64,000 nucleotides of DNA from Armatimonadota bacterium (GTDB lineage Bacteria; Armatimonadota; SYMT01), in contig JAWLHY010000013.1 of the NCBI GenBank assembly GCA_041690135.1, positions 84,921-148,920 on the forward strand. Direction: 5' to 3'. The position numbers were made by a program, and so were the translations under genes. The notes under the pieces were generated by a model, which made no database searches, was not told the origin of the DNA, and worked only from the letters and a program-made list of their open reading frames with translations. Shown here piece by piece: positions 49,526 through 61,267 of this stretch (the first letter of the stretch is position 1; every line of letters begins with the position of its first letter).

Positions 49526-50275
49526 TCATAACGCGCGGAGAATGGCGTCGTCCGGGCTCACGGGACAGGGCCGGTCCTCGGTCATTTTGCGGGGGCCGAC
49601 CTGGGGGTTGGCTAGGGCGTTGTAACAGATGATGAACGAGCGGCGGTGGCGATCCGACTCGTTCGCCGCGGACGTGTGCAGCAGGTTGCAGTGGAAGAAG
49701 AGGACGGAGCCGGGGCTCATCTCGCACCACACCCGCTCGAACATTCCCTCGACCTGGTGGATGCGCTCCGGGTCGGCGCCGGTTTGCGTGCCGACCTGCC
49801 CGTGGTTCAGGCGTTCCAGCCGGTGGGAGCCGCGCAGCACCTGCAGGCAGCCGTTCTCGCGGGTGGCCGGGTCCAGGGCCACGAAGGCGCTCATCATCCG
49901 GGGGAAAACGAACCCCTGGTTGTACCAGTAGCCGTAGTCCTGGTGCCATTCCCAGGCGCCCCCTGCACCCGCTTCTTTGAGCATCACCTTGCCGTGGAAG
50001 AAAGCGATCTCCTCCCCCATCAGGATCCGCACGTTATTGACGATGCGCGGGCAAGTGGAGGCCGCCGCCCAGATATCGTCGCCTAGCTCATGCCAGATGG
50101 CGAGCTTGGTGGTTCGCCCGCCGGCATCTGCCTTCCCGCGCGTGGCTTCGGCTACCCGGCCGCCCCCCTCGATTTTGGCGAGCAGTGCCTGCACCTCCGC
50201 CGGTGTGAACAACTCGGGCACCAGGACATAGCCGTCCCGGTGGTAACGCTCGACATCATGCTGCGCAAGGTACAT
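49526..50275 (-). CDS. phytanoyl-CoA dioxygenase (PhyH) family 2OG-Fe(II) oxygenase
   Basis: WHQD, ENGCL.V..GSH, PGSVLFFH..LLH.S..N.S..R. Confidence 0.9.
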   Translation of the reverse strand: MYLAQHDVERYHRDGYVLVPELFTPAEVQALLAKIEGGGRVAEATRGKADAGGRTTKLAIWHELGDDIWAAASTCPRIVNNVRILMGEEIAFFHGKVMLKEAGAGGAWEWHQDYGYWYNQGFVFPRMMSAFVALDPATRENGCLQVLRGSHRLERLNHGQVGTQTGADPERIHQVEGMFERVWCEMSPGSVLFFHCNLLHTSAANESDRHRRSFIICYNALANPQVGPRKMTEDRPCPVSPDDAILRAL

Positions 50276-50427
50276 CTACTCCCGTTCCTCCCAAACAATG
50301 GTATCCGAACGGCGTATGCCGCATGCATTCCCGCTCTCCACAAACTGCACCGTCACCACCCGTCCCGCAAGGGTGGGCTTCCAGAGTCTTAAAAACCGAA
50401 ACGAGAATACTTGCACGGTTACCAGTC

Positions 50428-50456
50428 TTGACCCACGTTGCAAATACTGATACAGT
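50428..50456 (+). promoter_or_regulatory. sigma70-type promoter of ilv-leu operon
   Basis: TTGACC, 17-bp spacer, TACAGT with TG extended -10. Confidence 0.65.
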
Positions 50457-50479
50457 GGACCGAGATTTGAATACTGGAA

Positions 50480-50862
50480 CAGGCGTTGACGAGGACCAGT
50501 AGGCGGGACCGTTGAGTCCCAGAGAGCCGTCCCCAGGCTGTGAGGACGGTACCAGCCCCCGCCGAAACTCACCTCCGAGCCGGAGCCCTGAACCCAGGAC
50601 TGCGAGTGAGGTTGTCTGAAGGCATTTCTTCTCAACTCTCACTTCTCACCTCGCACCTGTCATTAAGGGTTCCCGGGTAGCGACCGTTATCGCGCTTTTG
50701 AGTGCCGGATGGATCGAGTGACCGATCCGACTGCGAAGCCATGGGCTCAGAGCCCGGAGGACCTTCGCCATCGGATAGGTCCGGGTGACCACCGGAACCA
50801 GGGTGGTACCGCGAAGGCCAGGCCTCTCGTCCCTCGGATGGATGAGGGGTTTTTGTGTTTTT
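50480..50862 (+). ncRNA. T-box riboswitch, Leu (CUC) specifier
   Basis: AGTA loop, AGAGAG (50521), GCTGTGA, GAAA-CTC-ACCTC (CTC 50568-50570), CCGTTA, GGGTGGTACCGCG (50801-50813), terminator 50823-50849 plus T tract. Confidence 0.92.
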
Positions 50863-50898
50863 GGGCCATAAGAGCTGAGTGAGGGAAGGCGGCACGCG

Positions 50899-52590
50899 AT
50901 GAAGATGACAGGCAGTAAGGCGATCCTCGAACAGTTGAAGCTCCACGGGGTGCAGGTGATGTTCGGCTACCCCGGCGGAGCGGTCATTCCTCTTTACGAT
51001 GCGATCTACGAAGAGGAAGAGATCCGCCACGTCCTGGTCCGCCACGAGCAGGGGGCGGGTCACATGGCGGAAGGGTACGCCAAGGTAACGGGTAAGGTCG
51101 GCGTATGTATCGCCACCTCCGGTCCGGGCGCCACCAACCTGGTTACCCCCATCGCCGACGCCTACATGGACAACGTCCCGATCGTCGCCATTACGGGGCA
51201 GGTCTCGACCTGGGCCATCGGCACCGACGCGTTCCAGGAGTCGGACATCACCGGCATCACCATGCCGATTACGAAGCACAACCGCCTCCTGAAGCGGGTG
51301 GAGGAGATCCCCGAAGCGATCGCCGAGGCGTTCTACATCGCCTCGACCGGCCGCCCGGGCCCGGTGCTCGTAGATATCCCGCGCGACCTTCAGGTGGCCG
51401 AGATCGACTACCGCCCGGTGAGCCACCTCGACCTCCGCAGCTACAAGCCGACCTACAAGGGGCATCCGCTCCAGATCGTGAAGGCGGCGAAGGCGATCGA
51501 AGAGGCCAAGCACCCGGTGCTGTATCTGGGCGGCGGCTGCGTCTATTCCGGAGCTCAAAAGGAGCTGACGGAGCTGATGGAGCGGGCCAGTATCATGGCC
51601 ACGAACACCCTCCTCGGCAAGGGCGCCGTGCCGGAAACGCACGAGCTCTCCCTCGGCATGCTGGGCATGCACGGCTCCGAATATGCGAACTATGCCGTTC
51701 ATCACTGCGACCTCCTCATCGCGGTGGGCGCCCGCTTCGACGACCGCGTGACCGGGAAGCTGGAGGCCTTCGCACCGAACGCGAAGGTGATCCACATCGA
51801 CATCGATCCCGCGGAGATCAGCAAGAACATCCAGGCGCACATCCCCATCGTCGGAGACGCCAAGCTGGTGCTGCAGGAACTGCTGAAGCACGTGAAGCCG
51901 CGCCCGCAGGACGCCTGGACGCAGGAGCTGAAGGACCGGCGCGCACAGTACCCCTATCGCTACCAGCAGGGTGGCGCGGAGCTGTCGCCGCAGTGGGTGC
52001 TGGAGCAGGTGTACAAGCACACGCGCGGCGAGGCGATCGTGGCGACGGACGTGGGACAGCACCAGATGTGGGCCGCCCAGTACTACCCGTGCGATTACGA
52101 GCGCCAGTGGGTGACCTCGGGCGGTCTTGGGACCATGGGCTTCGGCCTCCCGGCCGCGATCGGCGCGAAGCTCGGTCGGCCGGATAAGGACGTGTGGCTC
52201 GTCACCGGCGACGGCAGCTTCCAGATGACACTGAAGGAGTTGATGACGGCCGCCGCGGAAGGCGTCTGCGTGAAGGTGGTCATCCTCAACAACCGCAGCC
52301 TGGGTATGGTCCGGCAGTGGCAGCAGCTCTTCTGGCAGAACCGCTACAGTGCCGTGGACCTGGGCGATTATCCGGACTTCGTCCGGTTGGCCGAGGCCTA
52401 CGGCTGCATTGGTATGCGGGTCACCAGCCCCGAAGATCTGGCCGATGCCCTGGACCAGAGCGACCGCGTGAAGAACGTGCCGATGGTGATCGACGTGCGG
52501 GTGGCCGCCCAGGAAAACGTCTACCCGATGATCCCCTCGGGCCAGACCTACAACGACCTGGTGCTCGGCCCCACGCAACCAGCCGAGTAG
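50899..52590 (+). CDS. ilvB: acetolactate synthase large subunit
   Basis: [36 protein letters not shown]. Confidence 0.97.
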   Translation: MKMTGSKAILEQLKLHGVQVMFGYPGGAVIPLYDAIYEEEEIRHVLVRHEQGAGHMAEGYAKVTGKVGVCIATSGPGATNLVTPIADAYMDNVPIVAITGQVSTWAIGTDAFQESDITGITMPITKHNRLLKRVEEIPEAIAEAFYIASTGRPGPVLVDIPRDLQVAEIDYRPVSHLDLRSYKPTYKGHPLQIVKAAKAIEEAKHPVLYLGGGCVYSGAQKELTELMERASIMATNTLLGKGAVPETHELSLGMLGMHGSEYANYAVHHCDLLIAVGARFDDRVTGKLEAFAPNAKVIHIDIDPAEISKNIQAHIPIVGDAKLVLQELLKHVKPRPQDAWTQELKDRRAQYPYRYQQGGAELSPQWVLEQVYKHTRGEAIVATDVGQHQMWAAQYYPCDYERQWVTSGGLGTMGFGLPAAIGAKLGRPDKDVWLVTGDGSFQMTLKELMTAAAEGVCVKVVILNNRSLGMVRQWQQLFWQNRYSAVDLGDYPDFVRLAEAYGCIGMRVTSPEDLADALDQSDRVKNVPMVIDVRVAAQENVYPMIPSGQTYNDLVLGPTQPAE

Positions 52591-52606
52591 TTCGTAGTTC
52601 AGTTCA

Positions 52607-52694
52607 GGTTCAAAGTTGAAAGTTGGCAGGTTGAAGGTGGAAGGTTGCCGAGCCGACCAGCCAACTTTCAACCTTCAACTTTCCACCTTCAACC
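52607..52694. repeat. inverted 7-mer arrays forming an empty hairpin
   Basis: (GTTGAAR)n at 52607-52647 faces (CAACYTT)n at 52662-52694. Confidence 0.85.
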
Positions 52695-52739
52695 CTGTCC
52701 CCGGTGTGGTACAGGGACAAAGATCGAGAATTAAACAAG

Positions 52740-53246
52740 GTGCAGCATACAATCACCGCACTGGTTGAAAACACACCCGGCGTGCTGGCGCGGGTGGCCG
52801 GCCTCTTTTCCCGCCGTGGCTTTAACATCGAGTCGCTGGCGGTGAGCATCACCGAAGATCCTAACGTATCGCGCATGACGATCGTGGTGGGTGGGGATGA
52901 CCGCGCGCTTGAGCAGATCGAGAAGCAGCTCAACAAGCTGATCGAGGTCATCAAGGTCTACGACTACGCGGAGACTGCTTCCGTCGAGCGCGAACTGGCG
53001 CTCATCAAGGTGACGGCGGGGCCGGACAAGCGCGCCGAGATCATGCAGATCATCGACATCTTCCGCGGCAAGATCATCGACGTGAGCGAGCGCACGCTGA
53101 CCCTGGAAGTTACGGGCCAGCCGGACAAGATCAGCGCCCTTCAGGGCCTGCTCACCCCTTATGGGATCAAGGAGCTGGTCCGGACCGGCAAGATCGCCCT
53201 GTCGCGAGGAGCGCGCTCCGCGGCGGAGATGAAGGGCAGCCAGTAA
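52740..53246 (+). CDS. ilvN: acetolactate synthase small subunit
   Basis: EN.PGVLARVAGLFSRRGFNIESL, KQLNKLI.V, RELALIKV; GTG start. Confidence 0.96.
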   Translation: MQHTITALVENTPGVLARVAGLFSRRGFNIESLAVSITEDPNVSRMTIVVGGDDRALEQIEKQLNKLIEVIKVYDYAETASVERELALIKVTAGPDKRAEIMQIIDIFRGKIIDVSERTLTLEVTGQPDKISALQGLLTPYGIKELVRTGKIALSRGARSAAEMKGSQ

Positions 53247-53364
53247 GCCTCCTGATTAGCAAATGCGACACCTGCGGCGAAGTACTTCGAGCGGGACGCG
53301 AATGACACGCTGGCGGCTGCCGAGAAGTTGATCGAGGCGGCGCGAGCCGCGATGCTGGAGTGGG

Positions 53365-54782
<1,418 letters not shown>

Positions 54783-54836
54783 GATGGGTTGCGGGCATGG
54801 AGAGGCACTGGACCGCCCCTCCATGCCTCTCCTCCT

Positions 54837-55418
54837 ATGGATTTCACGGAGACGCAGATGGAAGCAGCTGCTCGGGACCCTCTACTTACCGCCGAGGAGT
54901 TCTGGGACGTCTGCGCCCACCTGGACGTTGACGCGGAACTGGTCGACGGAAGGGTCCGCACCATGGCTCCCACAGGACCCGAGCATGGACGGGTGGACCG
55001 CAAGCTGGTGATCCCGCTGGGCTCCTTTGTGGAGCAACATGGGCTCGGAGAAGTTTTCCTGAGTACGGACTTCATTCTCCGGCGCAACCCGGATGTGACC
55101 CGCGGTCCGGATCAAGCCTTTGTATCCGCCCGGCGCATGGCGGAAAACCCGCCGCCCGAGCGCGGCTTCTGGGAGTTGGTGCCGGACCTGGTAGTGGAGA
55201 TCGTCTCTCCCAACGATACGGCGGTCGAAGTCAACGAGAAGGTCGGCGATTATCTCGCTGCCGGGGTGCGACTCACCTGGGTGGTTCATCCCAGGCAAAG
55301 ACAGGTGCACGTTTACTATCCCTGCGGCGATGCGCGGATCCTGTTCAGTGACGGTGCGCTCGACGGCGAAGATGTCATCCCGGGGTTTCGCCTCCCGCTA
55401 CGCGATTTCTTGGGCTGA
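54837..55418 (+). CDS. Uma2 family endonuclease
   Basis: ELVDG, RGPD.AFVS, PDLVVEIVSP, YLAAGV.L.WVV.P. Confidence 0.9.
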   Translation: MDFTETQMEAAARDPLLTAEEFWDVCAHLDVDAELVDGRVRTMAPTGPEHGRVDRKLVIPLGSFVEQHGLGEVFLSTDFILRRNPDVTRGPDQAFVSARRMAENPPPERGFWELVPDLVVEIVSPNDTAVEVNEKVGDYLAAGVRLTWVVHPRQRQVHVYYPCGDARILFSDGALDGEDVIPGFRLPLRDFLG

Positions 55419-55721
55419 GTGAGATTCCGGGTATGATCGAAATGGGGCAACGGGTTGTGAAGGTCATGACGAAAAGAGGAAACTCGCCGGGAAGGGCACC
55501 CGCAAGGGCAGCCGCCCGGCGCGTCCTGGAGCTGCCGGCGTCCCCCACCCGTTGATCGGGGGCCGGAGTTTGGGAGTGGAGGGAAGCGGTCGCGCCACGA
55601 CGTGATCCGGTGGTTCGAGGCCGTCTCCCCCACCCTACCGCGCTGGTCTCGCGAGGCCGCGAAACCGCGTGGTCACCGCCGGTAACGGCGGCAGTTTCCT
55701 TGACCCAAGAATGAGGTTGTA

Positions 55722-57272
55722 ATGGACCGAAAGATCAGGATCTTCGATACCACGCTCCGCGACGGCGAGCAGTGCCCCGGCGCGAGCATGACGGCCGACG
55801 AGAAGATGGAAGTCGCGCGGCAGCTGGCGCGCCTGAACGTGGATGTCATCGAGGCCGGGTTCCCCATCTCGTCTCCCGGCGACTTCGAGTCCGTGCGCCA
55901 GATCGCCCGGGAAATCCACGGGCCAATCATTTGCGGCCTGGCCCGTTCCGTCGAAAAGGACATCGACCGCGCGGGTGAAGCCATCCGCGACGCGGAGCGC
56001 GGACGTATCCACACCTTTATCGCCACGTCCGACATCCATCTCCGGCACAAGCTCCGCAAGTCGCGCGAGGAAGTCCTGGAGATGGCCGTGGCGGCGGTCA
56101 AGCGCGCCCGGCAGTACACGGACGACGTGGAGTTCTCGCCCGAAGACGCGGCGCGCTCCGACCTGGACTACCTTTGCCAAGTAGTGGAAGCCGTGATCAA
56201 GGCCGGCGCCACCACGATCAATATTCCGGACACGGTCGGCTACGCCACGCCGGAGATCTACGGGAACATCTTCAGCACGCTCCTTAACAAGGTTCCCGGC
56301 GCGGAGAACGTGATCTTCTCCTGCCACTGCCACAACGACTTGGGGCTTGCGGTCGCCAACTCGCTCGCGGCCGTTCAGGCCGGCGCAGGGCAGATCGAGT
56401 GTACGATCAACGGAATCGGAGAGCGGGCCGGAAACACCTCGCTCGAGGAGGTGGTGATGGCCCTGCGCACCCGCAAGGACTACTACCACGCAGACACGCG
56501 CATCAATGCGGCGGAGATCATCCGCACGAGCCGCCTCGTCAGCCGCGTAACCGGGTTCGTCGTCCAGCCGAACAAGGCGATCGTCGGTGCCAATGCCTTC
56601 GCGCACGCAGCCGGCATCCACCAGGACGGCGTGCTCAAGGAGCAGACCACCTACGAGATCATGAAGCCGGAGGACGTGGGCCTCGACAGCAACAAGCTGG
56701 TCCTCTCCAGCCGCAGCGGTCGTCACGCGTTCAAGGTCCGGATGGAGGCGCTCGGCTTCGCCACCGAGGGTGAAGATCTGGAGCGGGCCTATCTCCGCTT
56801 CCTGGAAGTGGCCGATAAGAAGAAGGTCGTCTACGACGAAGATCTCATCGCGCTCATGGTCGAGGACGAGGGTCTCCACGACGAGGAGTACACGCTCGAG
56901 TATATGACAGTGATGACGGGCCTCGAAGGCGTTCCGACCGCGACGGTCCGCCTCAAGCGCGGCGACAAGCAGCTCATCGAAGTCGGTACCGGCGTGGGCA
57001 GTGTCGATGCCGTCTACCGCACGATCGACAAGCTGGTGCCGGTGGAGCACTCGCTCATCGACTACATCGTCAGCGCGGTGACCGGCGGCACGGACGCCCT
57101 GGCGGAAGTGACGGTGCGCCTCGGCCGCGGCGAGCAGGTCTTCACGGGCCGTAACGCCAGTCTCGACGTGATCGAAGCCAGCGCGAAGGCTTACTTGCAG
57201 GCATTGAACAAGCTGCTTTACTATGGCAGCCGGCGCAGCGAGACCGAGCGGTTGGCCGCGCACGAGGTATAG
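55722..57272 (+). CDS. leuA: 2-isopropylmalate synthase
   Basis: [31 protein letters not shown]; C-terminal regulatory domain. Confidence 0.96.
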   Translation: MDRKIRIFDTTLRDGEQCPGASMTADEKMEVARQLARLNVDVIEAGFPISSPGDFESVRQIAREIHGPIICGLARSVEKDIDRAGEAIRDAERGRIHTFIATSDIHLRHKLRKSREEVLEMAVAAVKRARQYTDDVEFSPEDAARSDLDYLCQVVEAVIKAGATTINIPDTVGYATPEIYGNIFSTLLNKVPGAENVIFSCHCHNDLGLAVANSLAAVQAGAGQIECTINGIGERAGNTSLEEVVMALRTRKDYYHADTRINAAEIIRTSRLVSRVTGFVVQPNKAIVGANAFAHAAGIHQDGVLKEQTTYEIMKPEDVGLDSNKLVLSSRSGRHAFKVRMEALGFATEGEDLERAYLRFLEVADKKKVVYDEDLIALMVEDEGLHDEEYTLEYMTVMTGLEGVPTATVRLKRGDKQLIEVGTGVGSVDAVYRTIDKLVPVEHSLIDYIVSAVTGGTDALAEVTVRLGRGEQVFTGRNASLDVIEASAKAYLQALNKLLYYGSRRSETERLAAHEV

Positions 57273-57338
57273 CGGTTTTGGATTCTGCGCCTGGGATGGG
57301 CAACTCGCCCCTCCCAGGCGTATCCGGAGCACCCGCCG

Positions 57339-57836
57339 ATGACTCTGACTATCCAACTCTCACCCGAAGAGGAGCGTCGCCTCCACGAACTTGCCGCGGA
57401 GCGGGGGCAACCGGTAGAGGACTTCGCGCATGATGTCCTCGGCCGTTTGCTTGGCAATGCGCCGATCAACCATAGTGATCCGGAGAATGGCTCGCATTCA
57501 CGTGTTGAGAGAGAATGGATCACGGCGGAAGAAGTAGCGGCGGAGTGGGATCGGATCCGGAGAAGCGGACTCAAAGCATCGTCACCGGAGTATCAGCGGC
57601 TCCTGGAGCGGGTTGGCGCCCGTGACTCATACATTTGGGAAACGTTCGGCCCACGGCTGATGGAGCGTTTCCCGGGAAAGTGGGCAGCCATTGCTCCAGG
57701 CGGTGAATTCGAGATCGCCGACAGCCAGGTCGAGGCTCTGCGCCGAGCCCGTGAGCGGTTTGGGGACGGTGGCGCCTGTGTGGTTTGCCTCACTCCCGAT
57801 CGCGGGGAATCCCGACTGAGGCCCCGTAAGGGCTGA
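57339..57836 (+). CDS. RHH/antitoxin-like N-terminus plus DUF5678-like C-terminus
   Basis: MTLTIQLSPEEERRL...A..RG....; PGKWAAI...FEIAD...EA...A. Confidence 0.6.
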   Translation: MTLTIQLSPEEERRLHELAAERGQPVEDFAHDVLGRLLGNAPINHSDPENGSHSRVEREWITAEEVAAEWDRIRRSGLKASSPEYQRLLERVGARDSYIWETFGPRLMERFPGKWAAIAPGGEFEIADSQVEALRRARERFGDGGACVVCLTPDRGESRLRPRKG

Positions 57837-58173
57837 CGCCGGAGTATCCGCTGGTGGAAGTTGCCGTTGTGGTCGGAAATGAGACCCTCTTCGGAGAGGC
57901 GATTCCGGACACAGGCTACGACGGGGCGATGATCATTCCCGCCGACTTGAGCGTTGAATTTCCTGGCTTCGGAGCGGCTGGAACGATCCGAGTTGCGGAC
58001 GGGTATGCCGTCACTGTGCAAACATGGAACGGGCAGGTCCACCTCGCCGACCGATGCATGAACGGGAGGTCCACTGCTTCGGCGACGAGTGGATTGTCGG
58101 CCGGAAGGTACTGGACCAGTTTGAGGTCTGTTTCCACTTCGGCAAGGAAGTGCGAATCAGATCCGCGGAGTAA
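57833..58173 (+). pseudogene. frameshifted clan AA aspartic protease
   Basis: PDTGYDG in one frame; C-terminal IVGRKVLDQF..* in the -1 frame from about 58057; may be a sequencing error. Confidence 0.7.
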
Positions 58174-58178
58174 GAGAT

Positions 58179-59276
58179 TTGGCATCTGAGACACCGAAGA
58201 TAGCGCTCCTGCCGGGGGACGGCATTGGAGTGGAAGTGATTATCGAGGGCCGCAAGGTCCTGGAGCGGGTCGGAGAAGTCTTCGGCCGGCGCTTCGAGTT
58301 CACCGAGGCCCCGATCGGCTGGGCCGCCGTCGACGCCACGGGCAGCGCCCTCCCCGAGGAGACGGTGCGCATTTGCCGCGAGGCCGACGCGATCTACTTC
58401 GGCGCGGTGGGCGACCCGGCGCGCGACGCGACGCTGCCGCCGCGGGAGCGCCCGGAGCCGGTGGCGCTCCTGGGGCTGCGCAAAGGGCTGTACGCGAACC
58501 TGCGCCCCGCCATTCTGAACCCGGCGCTCGTCGACTCTTGCCCGCTCCGCCGCGACATCGTCGAGAAGGGCGTGGACATCCTCATCGTTCGCGAGCTGAC
58601 CGGCGGAATGTACTACGGACAACCAAAAGGGCCGACCGAAGTGGATGGAGTCCGGGGGGCCGTGGATACCATGGTCTACACCGTGCCGGAGATCGAGCGC
58701 ATTGCCCGCGTGGGCTTCGACGCCGCCCGCAAGCGGCGTGGTCGCCTTTGCTCCGTTGATAAGGCCAACATCCTCGCCTGCTCGCAGTTGTGGCGGGAGG
58801 TGGTGACCCGGATCGGCAAGGACGAGTTCCCGGACATCGCTTTGAGCCATCTCTACGTCGACAACTGCGCGATGCAGCTCATCCGGAACCCCGGTGAGTT
58901 CGACGTGATCGTGACCGAGAACACCTTCGGGGATATCCTCAGCGACGAAGCCAGCATGCTGGCGGGTTCCATGGGCCTGCTGCCGTCGGCCTGCCTGGGT
59001 GACGGCAGCGTCACGCCGTTCTACGAGCCGATCCACGGGTCCGCTCCGGACATCGCGGGCAAGGGGATCGCCAACCCGATCGCCGCGATCCTTACGGCGG
59101 CGATGATGCTGCGCTACTCGTTCGATATGCATCAGGAAGCGGACGCCATCGAGCGCGCCGTCAACGATGCACTCACGGCCGGTTACCGCACGGCCGATCT
59201 CGTGCTGCCTGGAGGTGCGCCCATCTCGACATCCGAGATGGGCAATGTCATTGCCGAACGTATAGCTGCCGCCTGA
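58179..59276 (+). CDS. leuB: 3-isopropylmalate dehydrogenase
   Basis: PGDGIG.E, ANLRP, RELTGG.Y, VDKAN, FGDILSDE, EPIHGSAPDI. Confidence 0.97.
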   Translation: MASETPKIALLPGDGIGVEVIIEGRKVLERVGEVFGRRFEFTEAPIGWAAVDATGSALPEETVRICREADAIYFGAVGDPARDATLPPRERPEPVALLGLRKGLYANLRPAILNPALVDSCPLRRDIVEKGVDILIVRELTGGMYYGQPKGPTEVDGVRGAVDTMVYTVPEIERIARVGFDAARKRRGRLCSVDKANILACSQLWREVVTRIGKDEFPDIALSHLYVDNCAMQLIRNPGEFDVIVTENTFGDILSDEASMLAGSMGLLPSACLGDGSVTPFYEPIHGSAPDIAGKGIANPIAAILTAAMMLRYSFDMHQEADAIERAVNDALTAGYRTADLVLPGGAPISTSEMGNVIAERIAAA

Positions 59277-59526
59277 TCGGATCGCCGGGCGGAAGGAGCG
59301 CACCCCAGTGGTGCCGAACGCATCTTCCTTCCGTCCGGACGACTCCGAGGCGGCCGGGATCCGGCTACCTGCCGCTTCGAGAGGACACCGATTGGCCCAT
59401 CGGCCCGGGATCAAGCAGAAGAGACGCGGGGGTTGGCGCCGGCCGATCCCCGCGTTCGCTTAGCCGGCGGTCCCCCACCCTCCGGGACCGCCGCCAGATC
59501 GCTTTTGGACGAGAACCGAGAATCGA

Positions 59527-61089
59527 ATGATCCAGCTATACGATACGACGCTCCGGGACGGGAGCCAGGGAGAAGGAGTCAGCTTCACCGTCCAGGACAA
59601 GTTGCGCGTGGCCCAGCGGCTTGACCAACTGGGGGTCCACTACATCGAAGGAGGATGGCCCGGGTCCAACCCAAAGGACATCGCCTTCTTTGAAGCAGCC
59701 CGGGACCTGAAGTTGTCGCAGGCGAAGATGTGCGCCTTTGGGAGCACCCGCCGCAAAGGGATGAAGGCGGCGGAAGACCCGCTCATCCTGCAGCTCGTCG
59801 ATGCCGAAACGCCCGTGATCACCATCTTCGGGAAGTCGTGGATGCTCCACGTGACCGAGGTCATCGGCGCCACCGCCGACGAGAACCTCGAGATGATCGC
59901 GGACACCGTCGGCTTCCTGAAGTCGCGCGGCCGGGAAGTCGTTTACGACGCCGAGCACTTCTTCGACGGCTACAAGGACGATCCGGAGTACGCCCTGGCC
60001 ACCCTGAAGGCCGCGGCCGGGGCCGGCGCCGACATCGTGGTGCTCTGCGATACCAACGGCGGAACGATGCCCTGGGAGATCGCCCAGATCGTGCGGCAGG
60101 TGATCGAGCAGGTCGAGGTGCCCGTCGGGATCCACACGCACAACGACTGCGAGTTGGGAGTCGCCAACAGCATCGCGGCCGTGCAGGCGGGTGCGGTCCA
60201 CGTGCAGGGGACGATGAACGGGTTCGGGGAGCGGACCGGCAACGCCAATCTCTGCTCCATCATCCCCATCCTCAAGTTGAAGATGGGCCTGGAATGCATC
60301 AGCGACACGGAGTTGGCGCGCCTCGCGGAGGTCTCTGCCTTCGTGGACGAGGCCGCCAACATGCCGCCGAACGAGCACCGGCCGTTTGTGGGCCGTTCGG
60401 CGTTCGCGCACAAAGCGGGTACCCACGCCGATGCTGTCCGCAAGAACCCGCGGGCCTGCGAGCACATGGACCCGACGCTGATTGGCAACCGCCGGCGGAT
60501 ATTGGTCTCGGAACTTTCCGGGGGCAGTACTATCGTCTGGAAGGCGGAAGACCTGGGCGTCAACCTCCAGAAGAAGTCGCCGGAGACCCGCCGCATCCTG
60601 GACAAGATCGCCCGGATGGAAGCGGACGGCTACGTGTTCGAGGGTGCCGAGGCCTCGTTCGACCTGCTGGTGAAAAAGGAGACGGGGGCCTACCAGAAGC
60701 TGTTCGACCTGGTCGGCTTCCGTGTGATCGTCGAAAAGCGGGGTCACGACAAAGAGCCGATCACCGAAGCGACCCTGAAGATCGAGGTCAACGGCCGGCA
60801 GATGCTGACCGTGGCGGAAGGCGACGGGCCCGTCCACGCCCTGGATGGCGCTTTGCGCAACGCCCTGATGCACTTCTACCCGGAGTTGAAGGACGTTCGC
60901 CTCACGGACTTTAAGGTCCGCGTGGTCGACGCCGCCGAGGGAACCGCCGCCAAGGTCCGGGTGCTGGTGGAGGGCGCCGACTCCCACGGAAGCTGGAGCA
61001 CCATCGGGGTCTCCACCAACGTGATCGAGGCCTCCTGGCAGGCCCTCGCCGACAGCGTGGAATATGCCCTGCTGAAGAGCCGCGCCTGA
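59527..61089 (+). CDS. cimA: citramalate synthase (LeuA paralog)
   Basis: DTTLRDGSQGEG, IEGGWPGSNPKD, FGSTRR, DAEHFFDGY, AHKAG.H. Confidence 0.88.
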   Translation: MIQLYDTTLRDGSQGEGVSFTVQDKLRVAQRLDQLGVHYIEGGWPGSNPKDIAFFEAARDLKLSQAKMCAFGSTRRKGMKAAEDPLILQLVDAETPVITIFGKSWMLHVTEVIGATADENLEMIADTVGFLKSRGREVVYDAEHFFDGYKDDPEYALATLKAAAGAGADIVVLCDTNGGTMPWEIAQIVRQVIEQVEVPVGIHTHNDCELGVANSIAAVQAGAVHVQGTMNGFGERTGNANLCSIIPILKLKMGLECISDTELARLAEVSAFVDEAANMPPNEHRPFVGRSAFAHKAGTHADAVRKNPRACEHMDPTLIGNRRRILVSELSGGSTIVWKAEDLGVNLQKKSPETRRILDKIARMEADGYVFEGAEASFDLLVKKETGAYQKLFDLVGFRVIVEKRGHDKEPITEATLKIEVNGRQMLTVAEGDGPVHALDGALRNALMHFYPELKDVRLTDFKVRVVDAAEGTAAKVRVLVEGADSHGSWSTIGVSTNVIEASWQALADSVEYALLKSRA

Positions 61090-61143
61090 GCTGCGGATTG
61101 TGTTTGCCCGCTGAACACGCGGAAAAACGCGGAAATGAGGAAT

Positions 61144-61181
61144 AAGGGAGGGGTGCGGAAGTCCGCCCCCTCCCTTTTCTT
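61144..61181 (+). terminator. intrinsic terminator of the ilv-leu-cimA unit
   Basis: GGGAGGGGTGCGGA / TCCGCCCCCTCCC followed by TTTTCTT. Confidence 0.7.
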
Positions 61182-61267
61182 GTGGCACTCGGATGCAACG
61201 CCGAGGATCGTGCATTCGTCCAATGGAAGGACCACCCGTCTGTCCGGGCGCTACTAAGGGTAGGCCG

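Noticed and set aside
50632-52671. Long antisense ORFs (also 39970-42315, 55635-57356, 59536-61317, 12997-14892)
   Set aside because: Shadow frames of GC-rich genes with strong codon bias; no recognisable motifs.
55571-55634. tRNA-like GGTGGTTCGAGGCC
   Set aside because: Too short, with no convincing acceptor, D or anticodon stems.
59277-59526. Leader peptide or riboswitch before cimA
   Set aside because: GC-rich hairpins only; no Ile/Leu-rich uORF, T-box motif or terminator found.
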